The notes under the pieces were generated by a model that searched no databases, was not told the DNA's origin, and saw nothing but the letters and a program-made list of their open reading frames with translations. A stretch of 63,449 nt of DNA, counting the filler, from Globobulimina sp. (lineage: Eukaryota): the NCBI GenBank assembly GCA_003354225.1. It is 31 parts of 31 records of this genome, joined end to end, with 100 filler letters (N's around TTAATTAATTAA, not from the genome) between each part and the next. Parts side by side here need not be neighbours in the genome. Positions count along the whole stretch, not along the records: positions 53,305 to 55,253 come from PIVH01010290.1; positions 55,354 to 57,302 come from PIVH01010291.1; positions 57,403 to 59,351 come from PIVH01010292.1; positions 59,452 to 61,400 come from PIVH01010293.1; positions 61,501 to 63,449 come from PIVH01010294.1; 26 more parts are not named here. One strand, 5' to 3'. Shown in pieces: positions 53,305-63,449 of the stretch. Position 1 is the first letter of the stretch. The number at the start of each line of letters is the position of its first letter. The translations under genes and the position numbers were made by a program.

Positions 53305-55004
53305 TGTTAGATATATGAAGCTGCAAAAAAACGTGACTTAACTTTCAAAGAATTTGGCAGTTCCACAGTGGAAATATCAATACTTTTATCATCGCCAATC
53401 AGCACATTCCACAGCTTAATAACACCTCCTTTTATTTTCTTATCGGCACAATAATTGCTCACAGCATTAATAAATCCCTTTCTTTGCATATTGACAACAG
53501 TGAATCCGTTCATTTTAGTATCCTCAAAATAGGACACAATCATTGCTTTATTTCCATTCAATTTGACATGATTCAACTTGTCAATAATATAATTTTGCAG
53601 CAAATAAACCAATTCTCTGCAACTACATTGTGTACACTCCATTAAATTGTATGTATTCTTGATAACAAATGGCGTGTTAAGAGCAACAAAATCAAACTTT
53701 GACAGTGCTTTACGTACTGTCAACGCCGCGCCATTGGCTTTTTTATCACCGTTACAATGTTTGACAAAATTATTTGAAAATTCTTTTCTTTTCATAGCTG
53801 TAAACATTGCACCATCCATTTTATTGTCGGTGAAATATGATATTATGCTTTCTTTGTATTTGCTGTGTGGATTTTGTAGAATAATATGTCTGTTTAAAAG
53901 GCATAACATTTGTGCTGCATTACATTGTTCAATGCATATTACATAATTTTCAATGCGTTTTAGGTCAAATTCAAGGATATATTTATATAATTTGAGGCAA
54001 ATACCATTCAATTTGGTGTTATCGCAATTGATTTTGCTACCAAAACATTTTCGTTTCATAGCAATGATCTGTTTTCCAGTGAAATTATTTTCTTTTATAC
54101 ATTGCATAATTTTGTCTTTGTTTTCATTGATTTTGTTCCTTAATTTCTCGTCTTTTGCCTCAATGATCAACTCATTGAATATATATTTATCCAATATGTG
54201 TAATATATGTTCATTGCTACAGTCAATAATTTGTGCAATTCCATGCCAATCTAATTTGTTATTTTCTATTTTTATATCACTATCCTTGCACTCCGATGAT
54301 CTCTACATAAATACAAAAGAAATTGTAAAAATAACACAAAACCAGTTTGACTGAACTTTTATGGTTGGTTTGACCCGGGAATGTTTTTCGAAGTTATTGC
54401 GGATATTAACAGGTTCGGTGGGAATCGGAATGGGCTTTGTTTCAAATGTATATTCCTTGATAGCTTTTAATATTTTCCGTAGTTTCCCCGCCGGAATGTT
54501 GTATGGTTTGGCCATTTTTTGTAATTCAATATTTGTCATATTAGCAATGTGCACGCCATCAATTTTTTCATTTATTATCAGATTTTTCACATTTTCAATG
54601 TTTATTGCTTTTTTTGCAGTTTTATTGAGGGTTTCAACGATGTTTATTGAGATGTTTACGATGTTATAAGTACTACATTCAGTCAATGTATTTGGTTGTA
54701 ATTGGTTGCTATTCATTAATTGATTAATGTCAGTTATGTTATCCTTAAATATTTTGATAAGAAGTGTTTGTAATTCATAGTTTATATTGTTTACATTTTT
54801 AATTGTATCGGAGACAGAATGTAATATCAGAGAGTCGTTCAAATCTTGTAAATCATCTAAAATCTCAGCTACTTCTTCATATTCACCTTCATCAATTATT
54901 TGGTGCACACATTGGCCAAGTTGTGCGTTGTTAAATATTGTAGAGACAGCGTGGTCGACAAAGTTTAACTGTGCAGTGAAGTTAGCATCTTCTGAATGCG
55001 CCAT
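53305..55004 (-). CDS. Protein with about 4 SAM-like repeats (xDGxxFxxMxRKxF); intron 54356-54303
   Basis: NEKIDGVHIANMT..L..IPAGKLRKILKAI fits the SAM pattern; three related downstream repeats. Confidence 0.6.
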
Positions 55005-55647
55005 GTTTTCTGAAAACTGAAGCTAGTGAAAAACTTTTGAAACATCATGTTCACTGTTCAGGATAACAGAAATCCATTAAAAGCGATTAAGCACAAATTA
55101 CAAAAGTTAGTAAGGCCATTATTAAAGAAAAAAATGCCATCGCCAATTCTTACTCCATCAAATTCACCAATTCCTTTTCCATCACAATCGCCGTCAACAA
55201 AATCATCCGAAAATCAAGAACCATTGCTATTTTGTAACAGATTATCCGACAAANNNNNNNNNNNNNNNNNNNNNNNNNNNNNNNNNNNNNNNNNNNNTTA
55301 ATTAATTAANNNNNNNNNNNNNNNNNNNNNNNNNNNNNNNNNNNNNNNNNNNNCACCTCAAAACAAGAAGATATATATATTAAATTATATATATATATAT
55401 ATTAAATTAAAGTTCAAATTTATATGAAAAATAAAAATAAAACCAATCAGTATTGTTTCCTATACAAGAAAATCAAAAAATAACTTGCAATCATGCAAGT
55501 ATCGGTGTTTTTGTTTTTTGTGTTCATTGACAGTTATCGTTTTTATTTTTTGTAATAGTATTTAAGGTTTAAACTTGTGGGTTGTACGTATTCTGACTAA
55601 TAAATTTCGTTTAAGACTTAGAAGTAACAGAAAACTGTCGAAAAACT

Positions 55648-57302
55648 ATGATTCCGATGAACATGCAACCGTTACAAAGCAGTATCGTAGCAAATCAATA
55701 CCAACAACCATACACTCCACAAAAACCATATCAAGAAATCGTGGACGATGTCGCATCAACTGGCAAAAAAGGTGCATACATAAATATATAATATTGTGTG
55801 ATGTGTCATATACACTAACAATAATAATGCATAATATAGATTCAATAACAAGTGAATTATTGACTGCTTTATCAAATCGATTGGGATATCCATTAACAAT
55901 CTCCTCGTTATTCTGGAACAAATACAGCAAATTACGCATCAAATCGTGGGGTGGTTCCGTCACAGATTCGACTCTCTTAATCGATAATAAACGAATGCCA
56001 ATCATTCGAAAAGCAAATCATTCGCAAACAAACTGGAACGTTTCCATCGATACAATACCGATTACGGTGGGGAATCACATTCAAAATCCACAATTTAACG
56101 ACAAGCAAATTATCTCATTACGGCAATATCTCTCTGATATCAACCAATATATTTCCACAAATGGACAGCAAAGCGATGCTAATTTGCAATTTGATGATGA
56201 CAACAAAGCCAAAGACAAAGACACTGCAAATAATACGTCATTGCCCGTGCGTAAAATATCATTGTTGTCAGCCACAGACAACACAGTTATGATGGATACG
56301 CAGTGCTGTTTAGTCCCATTAAATCCATTGGGAACCACCCAATATACGCTCGCTACATTGAATTGGAAATCTGGCTTGAAAAACCCAGCGTGTTTATATA
56401 TTGTGAGCAGCAATGAAGGCACCTCGTCAGTTGTGATTGAGGGCAATTTCCAGAAGATATATTACAATAAAAATGGTATAAAAGCACCTTTCATTATGGA
56501 TGCGAATCATATGCAAAATGATCCCAATCAATGCATCAAAATTATCCAAGTACCTTTGCGGCAAAAGACACGGACACAAATCGAACAAGAACAGGCTTCC
56601 TCGGCGTCGTATGGATGGGGTATGGGGCTTACGAATTGGTGGTCGAGTAACAACCAACAAAGAACACGACGAGTATTTGATGTGTTGCCCACCAATTGCT
56701 TCGATGCAAAAGTTCAAGCATTATTGAAAGAGTATGGGTATCACGAAACTGAGGAGGAGCAAAAACAACCAATCTCTGACGAGAAACCTAAAGTATCCAG
56801 GTATAGAACCTGCATTTTCCTGAATTTGCGTTGTATGCACTCGCGTTTATCATCGATCATATCACTTTGGCCCAGTTTGCAACACTTGCGTCAGTGACAT
56901 GGTGTGCTGATAAATGTTAGTCAAGTAAAGTAAAACTTTTTTAACGCACATTTTGTGTGTTTCTGCAATTCCAAGGAGTGGCATTAAAGTGATCCCGTCC
57001 ACACTACCAACCTATTGCTGTACTCGCACTTTGGTGAAATCTGCAGCAGAAACCTGTTATGGCGAAAAGAATGCGAACATCACAGTGAGTTGCGATGGCT
57101 GTGGTGGTTCCTTCAGCGGCAAAGATATAATCTGGCACTGTCCGGAAACCATCAAAGAATTACACCCAAATGGCTACGATTTATGCGATAAATGTGCGCA
57201 GAGACAATTAATCCACGACGAATTGCGCGGTTTAGACGGTTTACGAAGAGATGAAAGGTATAATATACGCGTTACCTTATTATACTATCAACCAATCGTA
57301 AA
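55648..57302 (+). CDS. Uncharacterised protein with an inserted ZZ-like zinc finger; introns about 55772-55839 and 56801-56975
   Basis: MPIIR..VGN..ISLRQYL..QCCLVP..NPA..GTS..QVPL..RDERYNIRVT; CDGC..WHCP..HPNGYDLC. Confidence 0.6.
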
Positions 57303-57845
57303 NNNNNNNNNNNNNNNNNNNNNNNNNNNNNNNNNNNNNNNNNNNNTTAATTAATTAANNNNNNNNNNNNNNNNNNNNNNNNNNNNNNNNNNNNNNNNNN
57401 NNTAAATGGATATAATCCGACAAACACATTAAATATGACTCACTACAAAGTTCAATAAATATCGATTCCTAATTCGCGTTATTCTCTTTGGAAGACAATA
57501 ATTGGTAATATCGTAAGCCATATGCTATCCGTGACAAATGATCGCAATTTTTGATGATTTCATCTTCGCCCTCACTGCAATTACATCGCGTTGTGTTTGT
57601 TTTAAATATTTTAAAATCAAGTTCCTTTTGTTCTTGTTTGCATTCCTTTGTACAACAAAATAAAAAACATAAAAAAATAAAACAAAAATATATATCGGAC
57701 CTGTGAATGTGATTTGTGTTCAGACATATTGGTATTGAGCAGGCAGAACCTGTCTTATCTGATTTACTTGGTTTCACAAAGACGAAAGGATGAACTCAGT
57801 AAGACACTTTTTGTTTTGACAGAAAACCTTAAATAAAGTGTAAAC

Positions 57846-58936
57846 ATGGTTCGTTTGGCTGTTGTAGGAACAGGAAGGATGGCATCTGTTCACTTTACAA
57901 ATATTTGTAATCATCCAGTTGCCCGTTGTACGCATGTTATTGACATTAAAACAAAATGGAAATAATATCGACGGTGTAGTAATTGCATCGAGTTCGCAAT
58001 ATCATTACCACCAAATCAAACAATGTCTATTACATAAAAAAGCAGTATTTGTTGAAAAGCCAATGGCTGAGACATTATCGCAAATCGATGAGTTATATGC
58101 TATCGCTTCAACCAATAATGTCCCACCGATATTGGTTGGATATCAACGCAGATTCGATCCAAATATACGCCATTTATACAAAGAGATTCATCAAAATAAC
58201 GCATTAATGCCATGTACAAATATCGATGGATTAACAGCCACAATTGGCGGAATTGAAAAAATCATCTCAATTTCAAGAGATCCAACCTATCCAAATATAG
58301 ATTATACGACAGGTTTGCATTTATTATGCATTGTAAATGACGGATTTGTTTATTATAATATCGGACAATGATATGGATAATAAATATGATACAAATAATC
58401 ATACAATGCATAAAAAAGGAAATTTGAATGGATTCTATGACAGTATTATTCATGACATAGATACAATATGTTATTTAAGCAAACAATATCCGCACAAAAT
58501 ATATTCGGCAGCACATGCACATTATGGACCTATTGCGAAATTGAATGATTTTGACCGCGTATTTGTTACTTTACATTTTGAATCGGGTTTGTTAGCAATG
58601 ATTGATTGGTGCAGACATTCCGGTTTCTCATACGATCAAAGGTTAAATGTCTTGGGTTATAATGGAATGTTAGAGCTCACCAATCAGAGAAAGAATTTAT
58701 TGGTCAAACATACAGAGAATGGCGCACAAAGCGCAAAGGCAATGGATTATTTTTTGCAAAGATATAACGATGCGTATAATGGTGAAATAAATGAATTTGT
58801 TGAGATAATTCAAGGAAACAAGGAAGTGATCACTACGCATCAGGATGTGCGCAATGTGCAGATTGTTGTTGCTGCTGCGGAGAAGTCTGCGCGTTTAGGG
58901 AAAGTTGTTGATATTAAATATAATGATTTCGCTTAA
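57846..58936 (+). pseudogene. Inositol 2-dehydrogenase-like Gfo/Idh/MocA oxidoreductase with internal deletion/frameshift near 57950; intron 58313-58418
   Basis: RLAVVGTGRMA, IDGVVIAS, VFVEKPMA, VGYQRRFDP, DSIIHDID, YDQRL, FLQRYNDAY. Confidence 0.8.
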
Positions 58937-59165
58937 ACTCTAGCTTAAGCATTGATATTATCAGATTGGTTATCATTGCATGGCTGTTTTCCTTGTGTAT
59001 TGCTCGAAATCTCCAATCATTCTTCATCACATAATCCAAACATCCAATGATGAGCTTATGCATCGTTGCCTGATCAATTAATAATTGACACTAGTTTGTA
59101 TAGCGCGCACAAGTCGATAAATCAGAAAAAAAACTTAAATGAAAATAATACAAAAACAACTATAG

Positions 59166-59351
59166 CTACACCAAAAAGATTTTGTGGTGTCCTTTAATCC
59201 CATGTACATTTTTAACATGTTAATTATACGCACTTTTCTGTCTATACGATTTCCTACAAATCTCACAAGTGTACGGTCTCTCTCCGGTGTGTACTCTCAT
59301 ATGGACATTTAAATTATGCCCGCCCGTAAATCGCTTGCCACAAACCGTACA
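59166..59351 (-). pseudogene. C2H2 zinc-finger gene 3' end with an in-frame TAA at 59222-59220 (absent from the ORF track)
   Basis: [49 protein letters not shown]. Confidence 0.8.
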
Positions 59352-59451
59352 NNNNNNNNNNNNNNNNNNNNNNNNNNNNNNNNNNNNNNNNNNNNTTAAT
59401 TAATTAANNNNNNNNNNNNNNNNNNNNNNNNNNNNNNNNNNNNNNNNNNNN

Positions 59452-60326
59452 CAGCTGCATTCTTATTATAACTGTTATTGTAACACGTCCACTGCGTGCC
59501 ATCATCACTGGAATCGATCCATATGGCTCTCACAAACGACGCATTATGCGGTGAGCCTTGGATGCGCAACTTGGAGACCATCGTTTTTGTGGTTAAATCC
59601 ACCCAAATCCAGGAATTGTTTAATTTTATATATTTCTGGTTTGGTTTCCAACATGAATCCGGATTATTTAATCTGCACTGATATGGTTCGAAGCCATCCT
59701 GACAGGAACTTGCACCAATTTGAGTGGGATGGATAAACTGTGTTATTGCATGTGTTTCTCCTTTGTATTTTGTATACTTTTTTGTATCGTTTTCGAAAGA
59801 TATAGAAACAGGAAAATATACCTAGCAATTTCATCGGTTTGTGTTGTTTGACATCATCGAAATCTGAGGAGTCGTCGATATCTTTATTTTGATAATATTT
59901 TAAGCCCAATGATTGACTCTTATCTATGTCCAATATATCTTCGCGAAATGTTATGTCAATTTCGTTATTTTCGTTTGTATGCTGTTTAATTAAGTTCTCA
60001 ATGTATGTGGTGGTAACATGCGATATGTTGCCTGAGTTGGTTTCGTTTGTTATATTGACGCCGTTGATTTTGATGATACGAACGCCTTTTGCTAAGCCCA
60101 TTCTTTTCCACCGGGAATGTTGTTTTTGGAAACGTTGATTTTTTGTTTGTTCTTCTGTTGCTGATAATAAACTATCTACGCAAACTATATTATTGGTAAT
60201 GTCGTGAGAAAAGGGCAATTCTGTTGCATTGTTGAATGTTATTGTAAATTCTCGTTGTGAATCGAAATGATATTTAGGAAATTGGAGTGTAAATAGTTGT
60301 GACATGAGAGGATGAATTTGGTTCAA
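59452..60326 (-). CDS. PDZ-like plus discoidin (F5/8 type C) domain protein, with an intron and an apparent -1 frameshift near 59641
   Basis: GLAKGVRIIKINGVNI; IGASS..EPYQCRLNN..CWKP, SWIWVDL..RIQG..FV..SDDGTQW. Confidence 0.7.
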
Positions 60327-60424
60327 TGTTTTTCAGGAAAGAGAAAACGAAATCTAATATAACACTTTACGATATGTCAACGCGGTCTTTGCAGTTTGAA
60401 TGTGTCCTGAAAATGGTTGATTTA

Positions 60425-61317
60425 TTAAACTTGTTGTATTGGTTGATAGTTTACCACTGTTTTCATAAATGATAATGAAGTCTCAGTTAAAAGCCATATA
60501 TTACAAAATTGCCACATTACTGATTCTCCCCAATACGCTGCAGCATCTGCATTAATAATTGCATTTTGATAATAAGCATACATCCAAATATACAAATGGC
60601 GAAACAAACTATCCACCAAACACATAAACATTGCACATTGCAAATAGGTTTGTATAACAAATTAATTGTTCCAAATATGATAGTTAATCCATTTAAAATT
60701 ACTGTACAATAAAGCCATATTTTAAATTGCAATGTATATAAATCATTATATATCCATGCATATAACGCAGCAAATATTATTGTTATGATTGTTGTGAGGA
60801 ATAACCAAATAATGCGAACCATATTTGACTTGCAATATGATTGGATATTATGAAATATGCCAACAAAGCCATGATACCGCATCGCAAATATTAACATTAT
60901 CAAATATCCAATCATCATAAATAAAGATAAATAGGCTGAAAAATTGCCAATCCAACATGCCACATAACTGTCATCATACAATTTAATAAAAATACTGCAT
61001 GAATCAGTTGTAAATTGCAAAGCAAAGATGAAAAATACTGAATCACCAATAAATAATATGATCATTACAAAAAAATATAATAAATCTAAACGCAGCAGAC
61101 ATTTGTTTTGAAGCATTAATATTGAAATCACGATAAAGAATAAACTCCCAACCAGTAAAATCACAACTGATGCAGTGAATGTTGCGCCAGGTTGTGCATA
61201 GCCAGATGGATAACCTTCAAATGATATTGGTAACCAGAAAATAGATATTGTTGTTACGCACACACCAACAAATATATCACGATTTGTGCCAAATAAACCC
61301 TCAACTAAAGCTGACAT
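60425..61317 (-). CDS. Multi-pass membrane protein, unknown
   Basis: At least 6 hydrophobic segments; possible C-terminal frameshift. Confidence 0.55.
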
Positions 61318-62329
61318 GGTTGCAAAAGCTGTTTTTGTTTTGAGGTTAAATTAAAAAGATTGTATAAATCATGGCTCGTAGATCTGGAAGCGGTGCTGCA
61401 NNNNNNNNNNNNNNNNNNNNNNNNNNNNNNNNNNNNNNNNNNNNTTAATTAATTAANNNNNNNNNNNNNNNNNNNNNNNNNNNNNNNNNNNNNNNNNNNN
61501 AAATTACTGTTTTTACTGTAAACTCTTTGAATTTACAGTTTTTTACAGATTATTCAAAATAAAAACATTGAAAGTCAAAATTGAATTCTTAAAGGTTGTG
61601 TTTCATCGGGAACCATTAATTTTCCTTCCAATTAATCTGGGTTTAAAATTCAGATAAAAATGTTAAATGGATTCAAAAATAAAAACCTACGTTGGAGCAA
61701 AATTACGTTACAAAACATAAGTTGAATTTATGATTGCAACCAATTCTTTCCTTCTTTTTTCCAATATTTTTTCATTTTTATTGAATATGCTTTGTTTCGC
61801 GGGCAGAGATAATTATGCTTAAAAACTTAGGTTCAAAAGTCAAAACCGTTGCTTTCATTATGGACACTTAGAGTCATGCCTCACAATTTGGATTCAAGTT
61901 GTTCACAATAACAAAAACATGAAAACATGGGTATTGCGATAGTGGTATCGGTATTACATGCAATAGTGGTAACATATATGTTCGTATAGTATTGTGACAA
62001 AGGGATTATGATAATAGTACATATGAAAACAATGTACCTGCATTGGTACTACTATCCTTGTACTATCATCAAGGTCATTTTTTAACTCGATTTTCATATG
62101 AATAAAACACTAAATTGGGTTAAATTCATTAAGTCGTCAATCTAAAGTGTAGGTGACATTAAACTGAAGTTTTAAGTTATGCCTCTTAGAAAATAGTTAG
62201 TTAGCAGTCTAATGGTAGAATAAAATGAAAGTTATCCTAAGGGAGTGAGCACAACCATATGATGGCAATGCACTGTATTATCTTAAGGGGTTGTGACAAA
62301 AATCAATGCAAATTTTGAACCAAGATAAT

Positions 62330-62495
62330 ATCGGATCCATATCTTATCCAATATTCCAATTCGGATCCAATTCCGATCCAATTCGGATCCACTAGATCAC
62401 TTCAAAAAACGTTTTGGGATCAATGATTTGACATTTGAGACCATAAACACGCACAAAATAAAAACTGATTCACACTGATTCACACTGATTCACAC
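62330..62495. repeat. Short tandem repeats (CGGATCCAATT-like and ACTGATTCAC x3)
   Basis: Direct reading. Confidence 0.6.
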
Positions 62496-62551
62496 AACAG
62501 AAATTGCAAACATAAACTGTGAAAAATCTTAACATCAAACATCAACAATTA

Positions 62552-63449
62552 TTAAATTTCATCATATTGGGTTTCAACAGTTACCATAGAAGACACTCGC
62601 GCCAATTTTTCATTTTCATCTTCAACAACTTTATCCATTGCTTGATTTTCTTCAATATCGGAGGCAACATTTTGTTCAAGTCGTTGTAATTTATGTGCGA
62701 CTTCTTTGAATGTTGGTCTTTTCTCTGCGTCTTTATCCCAACATTTCTTAATTAATGTTTTTAATCCGGATGGCAAATCCCATAAAAACTCGGGTCTTTC
62801 ATCCTTCATACAAACATTCATTGCGGTATTGATGGCATCCATATCTTCATACGGCTCCCTACCGTACATAATCTCCCATATTGTAATCGCAAACATATAC
62901 ACGTCCGTCTTCTCATTGTACACTTGCTTTTGGATCGATTCCGGGGCCATCCACTTATACGGACCACCATCTTGCTTGGTTTTCTGCACTTTATTATTCT
63001 CCTCATCTTTTCGCGTCATCCCAAAATCTGTTATTTTCACTTTTGTATTACTATCAATATCTGTTCCATATTCACCTAATAATATATTCCTTGCAGCAAC
63101 ATCTCGATGATGTAAATTATATTCTGTTAATTTTGCTAATCCATAACAGGATTTTACTAAAATTATAAATTTCTCAATCACAGAAGGTATCGGTTTATTT
63201 GTTAATCCATAAACTAATTTCTGTACTGATCCACCGGCCATATATTCCATAACAACACATAACGGTTTACGACAAAAACCATTTATTCTGATAATGTTTG
63301 GATGCGGCGGTATCGATGTTGCTAAAACAATCTCTGAATATAACTCCTTATATTGTTCGTTATCAATCAACATCTCATCAATGTGCTTAACATTGCCCGC
63401 AACTGAGACATGAGAATGCGAGGCATTGGTATTTGCATTGCCTGAAAAA
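62552..63449 (-). CDS. Tyrosine kinase / TKL catalytic domain (5' truncated)
   Basis: HPNII..G, HRDVAARN, ITDFGM, PYKWMAPE, TDVYMF..WE, CW..RPTF. Confidence 0.9.
   Translation of the reverse strand, partial: FSGNANTNASHSHVSVAGNVKHIDEMLIDNEQYKELYSEIVLATSIPPHPNIIRINGFCRKPLCVVMEYMAGGSVQKLVYGLTNKPIPSVIEKFIILVKSCYGLAKLTEYNLHHRDVAARNILLGEYGTDIDSNTKVKITDFGMTRKDEENNKVQKTKQDGGPYKWMAPESIQKQVYNEKTDVYMFAITIWEIMYGREPYEDMDAINTAMNVCMKDERPEFLWDLPSGLKTLIKKCWDKDAEKRPTFKEVAHKLQRLEQNVASDIEENQAMDKVVEDENEKLARVSSMVTVETQYDEI

Noticed and set aside
3208-59222. Genome-wide stop-codon reassignment
   Set aside because: TAA, TAG and TGA all terminate intact genes here (PKG, METTL16, SLC10) and many long ORFs contain no internal stops
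1-63449. A multi-gene system spanning neighbouring genes (for example YR + RNase H + methyltransferase)
   Set aside because: The genes lie on separate length-sorted contigs joined by artificial spacers, so no linkage can be inferred

Overview
This window is not one locus. It is 31 unrelated contigs of about 1.95 kb, sorted by decreasing length (1952 to 1949 nt) and joined by an artificial 100-nt spacer (N44-TTAATTAATTAA-N44), so adjacency across spacers is meaningless. The DNA is AT-rich and eukaryotic, with short GT-AG introns (mostly 55-220 nt). The gene families (PT-repeat surface proteins, 'HLDISLEN' kinases, ART-like and SAM-like repeat families, PPRs) suggest a foraminiferan/rhizarian protist, which is an inference; one or two contigs may be foreign. 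Recognisable genes include several kinases, a rhomboid protease, METTL16, SLC10, ABCC, BT1, PhzF-like, NBR1-like, KDM5-like, calmodulin-like, PPR and inositol dehydrogenase. The most notable observations are: a Rac GTPase fused in frame to a second divergent Ras-like domain; a DIRS-type tyrosine recombinase with its GRW..Y catalytic tail hidden in another frame behind a short deletion; a non-LTR retrotransposon with RNase H after the CCHC knuckle; a tRNA-like element plus a 16-nt terminal direct repeat on the KDM5 contig; and a recurring pattern of internal deletions and single in-frame stops in otherwise intact genes. No prokaryotic operon or CRISPR system is supported.
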